From positions 2,232,001-2,296,000 of the forward strand of contig NEEC01000018.1 of assembly GCA_002189035.1 (NCBI GenBank): a stretch of 64,000 nucleotides of DNA. Reading direction: 5' to 3'. Below the pieces are notes generated by a model. It had not been told where the DNA came from. It saw only the letters and a program-made list of their open reading frames with translations, and made no database searches. Within the stretch, counting starts at the first letter, position 1. Every line of letters starts with the position of its first letter. The position numbers and the translations under genes are program-made. Shown piece by piece: positions 25,174 through 39,201 of this stretch. This DNA comes from Utricularia gibba. Its lineage: Eukaryota > Plantae > Magnoliophyta.

Positions 25174-25551
25174 AGGTTTTAGAGAAATCCGGACAAGAAA
25201 TAATGGCTGCAGGCCAGCAAAATCATAGTTGCATTTTGGTGCCTCTCTAGAGTCTAGTATGTTCTAATAACTGCTGGGAATGCAAAGAACTCCCACAATT
25301 AGCTAATAAAAGTTGATGTTGGTCAACTAATTTGCATCAAATCAAATGCGTCCCAGTTGAAGATTAAATTGCATAAGAATCCAGCACACCAAACTCGGGG
25401 CAGTTTTTGAACCCAGTGGGAAAACTTCTGACCCATAAAGCTAAGCAAACAACATCTTGAGTACATAAAAAACACATGAAAATCGAACAAAGAAACCAGT
25501 TCCAAAGTGCAGAAAACAGAAAATTGAAATCTTGAACCTTGAATATCAATC

Positions 25552-26572
<1,021 letters not shown>

Positions 26573-28195
26573 CTCCGGCGAGACCTCGAAGCCCTGTGCG
26601 GATGGGGGAGTGGGAAGACGGCGATTGGAAGAGACGATCCTCCGAACTGCAAAGGGTTTTTACGTTCAAGCGCTGCGTACCCTAGGGCTAAAACTCAAAG
26701 CCCATTTTTGAAAATGAATCGACCCATATGTATTGGACTCTTCTCGTACTTGGGTTTTTAGTCCATTTCAAATTGGCTCAAAATGGGTTGATTACCAGTT
26801 GTATCACCCTTTGCGAGCATTCAACATGATGGCCTTTCCCTTGTGTAATTCATTCAGCCAGATCCCCCTCCGCCGCGTCGGAATGAGTAGCAAGCCCAAG
26901 TGCAATATACAATTGCTCAAAGCTTCCCACCGAAAGCCATTGCCATAAAATAAACGAAGAGGATGAACACTTCAGCAGCAGGGCTTCTTTTTTCACGATT
27001 GCTGCTCGAAGAGTTTCCCTTTTGTAATGGGTTTTCTTGTCTTGCATCAATTGAGTTTCGGCTTGTCTCCGATGCTGGCGGCGGAGTAAAATTCGGCGCC
27101 CATGAGTTAGAGGAAAGCAGAGAAGAACGGCCGGAGTATGTTTCTTACAGTTCCCAGGCTCTCGCCAAGAATGGCTTCGTTGGAGATTTGGAGTAGTTTA
27201 CTGCTTTTTCAGACCCTTTCTGTTTCAAAAATTTATCTTCCCGTCAACAGAAGGGTGGGTAAACGCAACTGATCTCGGAAGTACATCAAGCTTTCCACTT
27301 CAAAACAACTTTATATTGGTACGTAAGTTTTCATCATCTTCGTCTATATAACGAACAAAAAGAGAGAAGAAAATAAATGTAGGAGTTACAGATTGAAGAT
27401 CCCTCACCGGCAACGGTTTCCGGCGAGATAAAACACCCTTCAAGGGCCGATATTATATCAGCTTCTTGGGGAATGCATGGACCCTGAGGAGGGAGAACAC
27501 TTTTACGAGAGGCAGCGTTTTGAACTCCAAGCGGACACCAGTTTTTTTCGTTAAATTCTCAATATGAGGAGGCTGGGGGTTGGTGGATAAATTCTCTTTT
27601 CGCAGAATTGGGTTTCAGACGTTCCTCGTATCAAAAGATGGCGTCGATCAACCTCGCAGAAGAGCCCATTTGGTTAACAGTGTGCGTGAATCTCTCACGA
27701 TTTTGTACTAAATTTCGTCAATTTCACATCTTGAATTCGATGTTTATTAAATGTAAACCCTGATTCCCAAATAGATTTCCAAGAGGGTGTGCGTGCTTGA
27801 TCCGAATTCCGCTAATCGTCAGCTGGTGTGGTGCCTATTCCATACATGCTTGTAACCCACAGAATGCCGTATTTTCATATTACCAAGTCAATCTGAATGG
27901 AATATGTTTTTTTTACCTTGAGGAAATAAGGTAACTGATGTGTACAATTGTGATCTGAATGGCAGCAGATTTGATTGCCATTTCATCTTTTTCATAGGGT
28001 TAACCTCCAGTTGAATTTTTTTTTTTTTTTTAACGAATCGGTGGTTGTGGTTTTAGATTCCATTCTTGTGGTTGGCGGGTTAGCACAATCCTGTCCTCAC
28101 CATCCCTCTACTCTAAGCGCCTATTGTTCCTCATCTGTTCTTGCTCGTTGTAGAGTCCTTTCTTGTATGGGCGTGTAAGCGTCTTCTGGGTAAAA

Positions 28196-31149
28196 ATGGA
28201 GAAAATGCCGGAGGGTGAGGATTTCATTCAAAGTTTCCACTTTTTCGTGGTTTTAGTATTCTTCAACTCAGTGGGTAGTCTTCCATTGAGTGAATGAATG
28301 ATTTTAGAAGGCTTTCTGCATTCAAGCAATGAACTTGCCTGCTTGTGCTGATTGCAGTAAACGGTGATTGTCAAAAAGATGAAAACGGATCGGTACATTC
28401 TGGCATTTCTCCATACGAGGAAGCAATGGAAGCTTTGTCTTCGTTGATAACTAAACGCAGTCGGGCTGATAAGAGCAGCAAAGGTGGCAACTTCAGCATA
28501 ATGTTTGATTATGTTAAGGTATCTCTGCCTCTTAATCGTAGTAGTTCTTTCACTCCAGAAGGTATTTTCAAGAAATTCAATTTTCGTCGATTTTCTGGTA
28601 CAGATTTTAGAACTAGATGAGGCCATAAAAGAAATGAAGATTATTCATGTGGCGGGAACAAAGGGAAAGGTGAATTAAATAAATACATAATTGTTAGATC
28701 TCGTGATACACATGACTCTTTGTGGTACTGTATAATTTTCCCGGAAGGGGGAAATTTTAATATCACTTCTGTTTGTGTGGTGAAAAATGAAGGGATCAAC
28801 ATGTACATTCTCAGAATCTATACTTCGTCACTGTGGCTTCCGCACTGGGCTTTTCACATCTCCTCATCTGATTGATGTTCGGGAAAGATTTAAGTTGGAT
28901 GGGTACAAGCATTGAGATATACCGACTTATTGGAATTTCAGCTGTGACCACATTCCCTAAGGCCATTTTGGCTCTTTCTCTATCCTCCCCATGTTAACTT
29001 TGTCATATATTTCAGTTCAGATATCAGCGAGGAGAAGTTCTTGGAGTACTTTTGGTGGTGTTTCAATCTGTTTAAGGTACCCTTTTAAGGTTGCTCTTAA
29101 CCTGTGATCCTGAAACATAAACTGTGTCTTTGATTGTGCTGCTTTTATTCCAATATCGTTGCAGAAAAATGTCTCTGAAGAGTTGCCAATGCCCACATAT
29201 TTCCGTTTCCTTGCGTTGCTTGCTTTTAAGATATTTGCTGCTGAGAAGGTAATCTTAGTCAGCACATTTGATGTGATACGCATTGTGCATCCATGAGACT
29301 CATATATTATATCCAGGTGGACGTTGCTATTTTGGAAGTTGGATTAGGTGGGAAGTTCGATGCTACAAATATAGTATGTACAAAATGTTTCATCTACTTA
29401 TGAAGTTTTTCTTCTACAACCATTCTTCTCATCTTGTCTCAGACGGCTTCCTTTGTGTTCCTCACATGGTAGTCAATGTTTATCTGCAGGTGGAGAACCC
29501 CATTGTCTGTGGAATAGCTTCACTGGGGTATGATCACATGGAGATCCTGGGTCAGTGCCTTTTCTGTTTGATTCTTTTTGAATGAAGTTTCTGCGTAGTC
29601 GGTTTTTGAGCTTTACATTCACAGTTGTTGCATGGTATGGCAACTGCAGGGAACACTCTCGGGCAAATTGCTGGGGAGAAGGCTGGCATTTTCAAGGCAT
29701 GGAATGAATAAATCTCTAATTTTTTTCCTATATTTTTGAAGACTTGAAAGAAGTTACCATTTTCTTTTCTGTGTCAGAGAGCTTGTCCAGCTTTTACCGT
29801 GCCACAGCCACAAGAAGCGATGGCCGTTCTTGAGAAGAAGGCTGCAGAGCTTGATGTGAGCCACATTTATATAGAATCATGACTCTTGGTTAGATGTGAT
29901 GACAGGAAATTACCTGTTTCGAGGTAACCTTCCTCTGATACACATTATGCTTTCAGGTAAATCTCCAGGTTACTGCTTCTTTAGACCCAAGCCTTATGAG
30001 CAACATGCGCCTTGGTTTAGAAGGTGAGCACCAATACTTGAATGCTGGTCTTGCTGTTGCACTGTGCTCAACCTGGCTGCAGAGGACTGCTCATGCTGGA
30101 ATCCATTCCTATAACATGACTGTGAGTTCTGCGGTTTACATTTGTCTTCATTGCTTGTTCAACTGTTTTCTGATGCAGCATCTACGTGTGCTGATGAAGT
30201 AGGGATCTCTGCCAGAGGAATTCATTAGAGGACTTGCAAGCGCATGTTTGCAAGGACGTGCTCAGATCGTTGCTGATCAGTTCATCGAGGGCGAGAATCC
30301 GGGAGGTCTTGTCTTCTACTTAGATGGAGCTCATAGTCCTGAAAGCATGGACGTATGTGCCAAATGGTTTTGCAACGCAACAAAAGGAGACACTAGAACC
30401 GCATATAAAATAGCTCCTGATGGCTCAAACGCATCTCTGCAGTGGAAACTGAATGGAGGGTCCAATAAAGCTTCAACACAGGTGAAGAAATTGGTTCTGA
30501 TAAGGCATTGGGAAAGCATTTGCATTGCCACTTGACATGAAACCATGCGCAGATTCTGCTGTTCAACTGTATGTCTGTAAGAGATCCTAAGATGCTTCTC
30601 CCCGGCTGATGAGGACCTGTGCTAATCATGGTAAACTATGAACATTCGCCTTCTTCAGTGTTGTTATAACTGTGCTCCCATGAGCTCAAGATGCCTGCTT
30701 GTGTTGCAGGTGTACACTTCAATAAGGCCATCTTCGTTCCCAACACATCATTATATCACAAGGTGGGAAATGCAACCAGTACTGCACCATCTGATGCTCA
30801 AGTGGATGTGTCATGGCAGAGGACCCTTCAACGGGTATGGGAAGGCCTAGCTCCTGGGGAAAAAGGTACCCCGAGCGTGAACTCTACTTGTAAAGCAGCA
30901 CCAGCTACAACCGGTGATAATGACTCCGGGAGCACCACCATTTTCTCTTCTCTTCCTCAAGCCATCAGCTGGCTCAGGGATAGCATCAGAAGAAACCAGT
31001 CTGCACGTTTCCAGGTAACATGCGTTGGATTGCAAACCAGGTCTTGCTCTCAATTTCCTCTCTTGATTTCCCCTTGGCGGCTTGAGCAGGTTCTGGTCAC
31101 TGGCTCGCTGCATTTAGTGGGCGACGTATTGAGACTGATCAGAAAGTAG
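28196..31149 (+). CDS. FPGS: Folylpolyglutamate synthase (FPGS1-like); 5' end uncertain; apparent frameshift at 30600-30603
   Basis: [26 protein letters not shown]|[70 protein letters not shown]. Additional upstream exons at about 27700-28190 are possible. Confidence 0.93.
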
Positions 31150-32403
31150 CAGCACAAGCGCATCATATGATCTAGCTTTGAGACTCATTCATCTTTCCAT
31201 TCCCCAACAACGATTCTGTTGGCATGTCAATCAGCATTGATCCATGGCCTTCCATTCCATGAATCATCTCCTAGAAAGAACAACAAAAAAAGCTTGTCTA
31301 TCCAACAGGGGCATTACGATCTGGAGTCGGCCCAACTGGCAGTTGGCATCTAGTCAAGGAAAAGACAGCCAAGAGTAGATAGGGAGGCTCGGACCAGGAC
31401 CGGCAAAGCACACGCTTTCGGTGCCCTGAGAATATTCACCCTCTACCACACTTATCTCTAGTTTGTTTACTTATTTCCAGAACAACAAATAAGAGATAGA
31501 TAAAACCCCTCTCTCCTCTCTACAGTTAGCAATCTTGAGTTGCATCAATTGGTAGCACTGCCGTCGGAATCCGGACAACGACGAGCTCCTCTGGATAACT
31601 GCTTTCTGAGGACGATGAGATGAGGATTGAGAGGATATGGAAGATGAAAGGGATAGCGTCCAAGTGGAGTATCATGAGATGGTGGCTGGGTTCCCCTTGA
31701 CCGGCCGGCCACTGGGTAACTTGCTTTTATCACGTGGCACCACCGCACCATGGAATCAATAAAGGTCATTGCAACAAACAACACACGTCCGGTGAGAGAA
31801 GATGCTGCTTGGATGACCATGCAATCCAATCAGTCTTCTTCTTCCTTCTTGGATAGATAATACCCACGTCAGCAGATAAGGGTTCCACCCCGACACGGCG
31901 ACACTTGCCTTCATGTATTGCAATCTCCGCTTCAAAAATTCCAACCAAATACCCTTCTTCACCCCTCTGCTCCTCATAAAAATCTCAACCACTCATTCGT
32001 GAGTGCTTTTTCACTGGGGGCGAAAAATCAAATTCGAAAGATGAATGTTTAGTCTCAGTTCCATTTTCGATCATCCCCTACAATAACAGAAGGATAGAGT
32101 TGAGAAAGATGACCTGACTGGGCCAGCCCTTGTGGATTCTGAATTGCAGATGGGAAAAAAAAAAAAAATCCATCTTTCAGAAAGTTGGAAAAGTTGACGT
32201 TGGCCTTGGGATTAATTCCAATCCCTAACAAATAATGGCATCGTGCGCACACCCCTATCCCTTCATATCTTTGCGCTATTTATACAAACAGGTGGTAGGC
32301 AGTTTCCTCACACACTTGCCTCTTCTTCTTCCTCCTGCCTTTCTTTGCCTTTGCATCTTCATACAACAACGCCATTCCAAAACCCAAAAACACTCACCCG
32401 GAA

Positions 32404-33247
32404 ATGGAGAAACAGAAGCAAGGATCATCCTCCTCTTCCTTCGCCACTGACCTGTTCGGCCCAGAGGGATCCTCTAAGCCTTCCAACTCGTCACCTTTTG
32501 GGTCTATCTTCGACACGCCGGTAACTAATTATTGCCCTTTTTTAATTACAAAACACAAAAGTAAGCCTTTTGTGTAATATTTTTTTGTAAAAAAAGACCC
32601 TTTTTCAATTTTCATTGAAAATAACAATTTTACTATTGAAAAAAAAAACTCCCTTTTTCAAAAATGCAACTATGATTTAAATCAAGTAAACTTGAGGTCA
32701 TCGTTCTGAGGATGAAATTCCTTGCAGATTCCGGCAATGAGCACTCCATGTCCCCGATCAGGAAATGGGCCGCCGTCGCAAGGTACCCCGATTCCGATCC
32801 AAGTTGCTTGCAGATTATGGGAATGGGTGATGTTTGAGATACTTATCTGATCCTTTTTTTTTTATCATCTCCGTGATCAGACCACTCCCGGGAGTGGAAG
32901 AGAGGGGAACCCATGAAGAGCAACCAGCACCTGGAGAAGGAGAAATCCGAGCCCAGTTGCTACTACAACTCCTCCATCTTGTACGGCGGCAGAGAAGTTT
33001 ACCCTACTGCAGACCCGAGCCACACTGTAAGCAAACCCTTTGTTTTTGGTGCAGCACGCCCCATCTCATTCTTTCTTTCTTCTGAAACCCTGTGTGTTAG
33101 AACAAGAAGGACAGCGAAGGAAACTCCTCCGGCTGCACCTCCAGAGGCAACTGGTGGAGAGGTACATACCACTCACAAGCCTTAACTGATGCCTTCTTCT
33201 GCTGCTGTTGACATTCGACACTCTGTGCAGGATCGCTGTATTACTGA
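32404..33247 (+). CDS. Uncharacterised Ser-rich plant protein, SIS (salt-induced serine-rich)-like family, 5 exons
   Basis: Spliced product MEKQKQGSSSSSFATDLFG...CYYNSSILYGGREVY...TSRGNWWRG|SLYY*, matching the recalled family signature SRGNWWQGSLYY. Confidence 0.85.
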
Positions 33248-33784
33248 GGATACATCACTTCTGTCTCTGAATGTAAGGAGCAGGAATTTTCTTCTGCAGA
33301 TGGATACATGGGCCGTGCTGGAGAAGAAGGAGAAGGAGATGGAGATGGAGATCCTCCTCCATGGATTTTCTTCTGCTATGCGCCATGCTTCTTGTCTCCT
33401 GAATGTACCCCCCGTCTTGTCGTCATCGTGTAATGGTAACACGAAATGCGTATGTCGTCAATTTTGCAAACGTCGAAAATAAAGAGATCTGAACTTTTAT
33501 GATCATGAATTTCAACAATACACCTTAATATTATATTTGATATATTTATTTATATTTTTAAACACATATATTGAGAATTATATCTGTTTTACAAGATATT
33601 TTTGAATTTAGTTTGTTATTCATTTTGTCATATATTTATTAATAAAAAACTGTTAATTAAAATAATTAAATAATTAAATTATTGTATTGAATGTCTCCTA
33701 ATAATTAATCAATAATTGTATTTCGTGCCCAACTCGCACTCCCTATCCGATCTCAAATCTCAATTCGTTGGTGCCCAGTCAAAA

Positions 33785-33813
33785 CAAAAACAAAAACAAA
33801 AACAAAAACAAAA
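33785..33813. repeat. (CAAAAA)n hexanucleotide microsatellite
   Basis: About 5 tandem units read directly. Confidence 0.9.
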
Positions 33814-34376
33814 TGTATTTTTTATCCGGCATTTAATTTTAGAATTTTTGGTTTTTAATGATAACCTATTTAAGGAATTTTCATAGAAGAAAAAAGAAAG
33901 GTTGGATCTTGGTTTTGGCGGAATGCATCAGAAGTCCAAGTGCGGAAAGTGAGCGACGATTTACTACAATTTAATGCGTTCCCGTTTTTTCCGTAGCCTA
34001 GTGATGTCTTTCTCATTGGTGGGAGTTTCTGCAGCTGTGGGGGGATTGCCGGCTGAATATTTTGAGGATCCGCCGCAGGCCAACGTGATCTGAGTCTCTC
34101 TGAATCAATTCAAAAGGGCTGATTGAACCGGAAATCAGTACTTTGCGGGAGGTGGGCGTGATTCTTTTTCACTTTCCGGGATTAGTTGTATAGCGCGTTG
34201 TTTTTTGGTGGTGTTGTGTATCCATCGTAACGTGTGTCGTAGTGCAGATTGAAAAAAAAGTTTTTTTTTTCAGCTATCAAATCCATAAAAGAATCTTTTT
34301 TTTTTTATCATGACAGAAGCTTCGTTTGAGTGGGGTAATAGGTGGTTATTGGAGCTGCGGATGATAATATTTGAAG

Positions 34377-37370
34377 ATGTCGGAGCCAGAATTGGAGTCC
34401 ATGGAGAGGTTCAAACAGAGCAAGGTCTTCAAAATGGTGTTTGCGGTATCCGGAATCATGTCTACGCTTTTGGTTTATGGAATTCTACAGGTGATATGTC
34501 TTCTTTTAATTTTTGTACTCTCAAAATTTCAACAAGTGTCTAAGGATGAAAAGTTCCGATGCTCTTGGATTGTGAATTTAAAGTCTTTTTGGTTATGTTT
34601 CCATGTTTATTTTGTTAAGAGTTGCAATGTGGCCTATGTCCTGAGATTAGTGTTGTATTGTAAAGAAAAGCCCTTGGGTCTAATTCCATGATGTGTTTAC
34701 CCCTTAACCTTCTGGTTAAGTTTTCGATAAATCAGATTAGTGCACCTTCTAAATGCTAATATTCTAAGTATCCCTTTTTGTCAGGAAAAGATCATGAGAG
34801 TTCCATACGGTCCAAGCAAAGAGTACTTCAAGTACTCTTTGTTTCTCGTTTTCTGCAACCGTATCACAACATCTGCATTGTCTGGTGGAATTTTACTGGT
34901 AAGTTTAGTACAAACATTTGATGGTTTGCAGGCGTTTCACACTTTGATTAACTATTCAAAAGGTTTTGAAACCTTGGATCACTTTTCTCCACGTGGATTT
35001 TCAGATTCTTATGATAAATACTGATATAAATTTTTTAAATGTGTTATATTGTGCTTGGTTTTCATGTATTCATCATTTTCTGATATTAATTTCAGGCTAA
35101 TAGGAAAGCATTGGACCCTGTGGCCCCACTTCACAAATATTGTGTTGTTTCAATCTCTAATATTCTTACAACAACCTGTCAGTATGAGGTGGGTTCCTTA
35201 TGCTAAATAATTCAAAAATTGTGTGCTCTATCTCTTGAAAGTGCCTGTGGATACTTTTTCTTCTTGTTGTTAATCACAGCTCATGATGTTAAGAACTCAG
35301 CTCTAGATTTTTTTTTTTTCGGCTAGGCCCTTAAGTACGTCAGCTTCCCTGTACAGACACTGGCCAAGTGTGCTAAAATGATACCTGTGATGGTAAGTCT
35401 ATCTTCTACTCTGTGGTGAAGGAGGTGTTTCTGATAGTCAATGCCAGGATTCTTGTAAAACTGTACTGCTGTCTGAGAACATTAAATTCTTAAAGCGTGC
35501 TGCTCAGTTATTTCGTATAAGATTGAACTGCATCTTGTGTTCATTTCTGATTTTGCAGATATGGGGAACTGCTATCATGCAAAAGAAGTACAATTGCCGG
35601 ATTACCTAATTGCGTTCTTAGTGACGCTTGGATGCTCTATTTTTATACTATTTCCGGTATTTTCCATTTTACTTCAATATATTTTGCTGCTGCTGTTTTT
35701 ATGACGTAGATATGTTGTGCATATTTTAACATTTATTTGTGTTGTTGTTTCAGCCTTTTAATAATACTGTTTCACATTTTTCGTAGCCTGTCAGTACTAT
35801 GGTGTGTAAAATAAATATGATATCATCCTTCATGTCATTAAAAATGTTACTTGAAACTCCATGATCTATTTTGCTGCCTTTTTATGGCTGTAGACCGTTG
35901 GGAAATACTAAATTTAACACATCCAACTTGTTTCCCCATTTCCTCCAAAGCATTAGACAATAAGTCTTCAGGGTTACATCATCAATTCTGTACCTTGAAA
36001 AATTGGTAAATTTTCGTTGGATTCTTTGGGCTGTTCTTCTCCCATTGAATAAAAAGGTGTCTAATGTTGAAATGTTGGTTCTCTTTCTTTCTCCCTTGTC
36101 ACTTTTCTATAAAAAACTAACTTAAGGATGAATTATGGCAGGCTGTAGGTTTTCTATTGACTGAATTAGATACATATTATTTATTGAATGTTTCTACATT
36201 TTTATTTCAAAATTGACGTTAGGTTTTATCTCTGTTTTATCTCTAGGCAGATGGTGATTTAAGTCCATACAGTAGAGGAAGGGAGAGCACTGTGTGGGGT
36301 GTTTCATTAATGCTTGGCTATCTTGGGTAGGGTGAAAAGGCTGATATACGGCATTTCTGTTCAAATTTCAGGCACTCTTATATATGCGCTACTGGGTGTC
36401 TAAAAACTAACTAATTCCTTTTAATTTTTTTCTGCTCGGTGTTGCAGTTTTGATGGCTTTACAAGCACTTTTCAAGACAAGCTTTTCAAAGGCTATGATA
36501 TGGAAATACACAACCAGATCTTTTACACAACTTTGTGCTCTTGCATAATCAGTTTCACTGGTATTGCTCAGTCTCCTGCTTAACTCTCGGCAGTTTCCAG
36601 GATGGGTCTTTTCAATTTCCTGAAGCGGGAACTGCATCATAATATGATTTACTTTCCACTAGACCCTTTGGTATGGGCTAATCATTTGATTTGATTTTTT
36701 CTTTTTCCCAGGTCTAGTCTTACAAGGCCATCTTTTATTGGCGGTAGATTTCATTTTAAGGCATAATGAGTGTTTATTTGACATCATAATTCTTTCAACA
36801 GTAAGTTAGTAAACAGAAACTACATTTTCAGGTTCTGTGTTTGACCAATGAAAAGGACTTCGTTCCTCTATTTTTTGATTCCATAACAATTTATAAATAT
36901 AAATATATAATCAGCCAGTTCTGATATTTTCCGATATTTCAGGTAGCTACAATCAGCCAGTTCTTCATTTCTTACACAATCCGAAATTTTGGTGCACTGG
37001 TGTTTGCCACCATAATGACTACAAGACAGGTGTTTTGCTAGTTTATGTATAGTAGTAGTTCGGATACTGTACTGTATCTTTGATTTGATTATACTTTTTG
37101 ATGTAGTTGGTGAGCATTATGTTGTCCTGTGTCTGGTTCGCTCATCCCCTCAGCTCTGAACAATTTGTGGGAGCAGTGAGTACTTACCTCCATATTTCCT
37201 TATCTTCCTCCGCATTTTATTTATAGCATCCTCTTTTCTTTTTTTCTTTTTTTTTTGAGTAGGTGATTGTGTTTGGCACCTTATACTCTAAAAGCTTACT
37301 GAAAAGTAAACCAAGAAATTCAGAACCTGTAGCAAATGTGGCTTCTAGTCTACCAAGGGAAAATGTATAA
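34377..37370 (+). CDS. UTR5: Nucleotide-sugar transporter, UDP-galactose/UDP-glucose transporter 5-like (UAA/SLC35B family)
   Basis: AVSGIMSTLLVYGILQ|EKIMRVPYG, YSLFLVFCNR, CQYE|ALKYVSFPVQTLAKCAKMIPVM, FDGFTSTFQDKLFKGYDM, FGALVFATIMTTRQ. Confidence 0.92.
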
Positions 37371-38799
37371 CTGGTAAGAACTGTGAGCGATTACACAGAG
37401 TGTTTGTAATTAGTTACTTGACAATGGATTGATTTTGCCCTCTGAGCATGTATTCTGAGTTCAGTTGCATCTTGTCCCCAGGCTGGCTTGGAGTTCATTT
37501 TACGAGCAGTCTTTACGATCTTCATGCTTTTGTTCAATTAACCAAATTGATCCTAGAGTAGCTGTACAAACGGTTTTTGAGCATTGGCTACGTGCACCTG
37601 CAGCAAAGTTGGTGATCCGTCATACCAGGTTTTGTTGCTTTCCTCAAACATACATTTTTGTTGAGGATTTCTGAAAATTTTCTAGAAGTGGTCATGAATT
37701 GGCTTGGTTTTTGCTAGGAATTTGGTGTGCAGACTATAGAGTACAATTTCATATAATAATTTTGTTAGTGCCTGGGATACCATTGGACAGAAGCACTATC
37801 AACTCAATTCAGTTCATCAATGATGAAAGTTTGAAGGCCCTTATTATTTGCTTGAACTCTATTTTTTTTTTCTTGCCTTTATTATTCCACTATCAATTTC
37901 CATAATTTCTGAACCTCTGTGTGTGTCAGAGCCAACCATCAGTATTTCATCAGCATCAAAAAATGCGCTTTGCTAGCGAGTGACTAGGGGAGGGTTTCCA
38001 AAGATTTCTAGGCTCCTGCCAACTAGTTTTTAATGGCTAGATACGGATATTAACTGTGATGGATGCCAAGAGTGTGAACCTTGGCAAGGCAAAAGTTGTG
38101 ACCCTGTTACTGTCTTCTTTGTGACTAAGGCGGCATAGGATCACATCATCATGGTTAGTTGAAATCCAGATGTGTTGTCACTGAATTTGGTTGTACACAT
38201 CAGATGAAAAAGAGAGAATAGAAACAAGAATTGATCACTTCTTTCCCAAGGAGCGTATTCGTACCAATTTTCAAATTTCAGGTCTGCTGTTAAACTCAAT
38301 GATTTGCTTTTGTTTTATCGTTTGCTATTCAGCGAGAGATCTGGGAATCTGATTGGCCTTGAGGTTTGATGTGGATGGAGAGTGACGCAGCAAGCCACAA
38401 GGTTTGTAAACAAGCCAGGTTTGCTGTAATCATTCACAGGTCTCTTCTGCTTTTCCAAACTTCCTCTGTCTTCTGGTTCACTCTTCCAAACCTCAAGGCG
38501 TGTTGAACACAAACAAGACACCATCATCATCATCCCCTTTAATTGAATACATACAGACATTTTGAATTGTTAGTGCACCAAATGCATTAACTATTCAGGC
38601 AACCCTTTTCTGGTTTTTTCTTTTGCGGGTGAGGTTTCAGTGCATCCTAACAATCGTCTTAGTTTCTTAAACGACCGGAAAAATCAACAACCGATTATCC
38701 AATGAACTACTCAAACCACAATTCATTATCACTGAACACAGACCAAGATTGTAAGGAAAAGAGAAAAAAAAGTGCAAGAAGCAGGAAGGCATACCACTA

Positions 38800-39201
38800 T
38801 CAAGTGGCAACGTCGAGCTTGGTGGTGCACGACAGCACCCGGTAAAAAACCGAGCACAGGACGGATCTGGGTGCGCGCCTCCGCCTCCGCCGGCCTCCGC
38901 CACGATCCCCACGGTGAATATCCACGGCGCGGTTGGCTCTCCCAAAACACCTGATACCCTTCTCCTTGACTCGATGGTCTTCATCCCGGGAGAAAGTGTA
39001 GCTCCTCAGATACAGCTGACGGCAAGAGTAACTGTCCACCACCCTCGGATGCCCGTACACCGAAGTCCTGCCAACTTTCATGGAAGACCTGATGAACTCG
39101 TAGTCCGACTCCGGCCACTTGTAGAGACTGTTGTAGTTCGCCCGAACGGGGGCCCCCAGGACGGCGTCCTCCGCGCAGCTGGATATGCAACCTCCTGCCA
39201 T
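38800..39201 (-). CDS. Uncharacterised plant-specific protein, single exon
   Basis: MAGGCISSC...YNSLYKWPESDYEFIRS...VVDSYSCRQLYLRSYTFSR...YRVLSCTTKLDV matches a recalled conserved unknown family. Confidence 0.8.
   Translation of the reverse strand: MAGGCISSCAEDAVLGAPVRANYNSLYKWPESDYEFIRSSMKVGRTSVYGHPRVVDSYSCRQLYLRSYTFSRDEDHRVKEKGIRCFGRANRAVDIHRGDRGGGRRRRRRAPRSVLCSVFYRVLSCTTKLDVAT

Noticed and set aside
31200-32300. ORFs 31545-31992 and partial miRNA-like words (e.g. tcggaccagg near 31390)
   Set aside because: No homologous motifs, matches of 10 nt or less with no hairpin; G-box/ACGT content fits the promoter of the SIS-like gene.
38315-38560. 81-aa minus-strand ORF
   Set aside because: No recognisable motif or convincing splice context; it lies between two convergent 3' ends.
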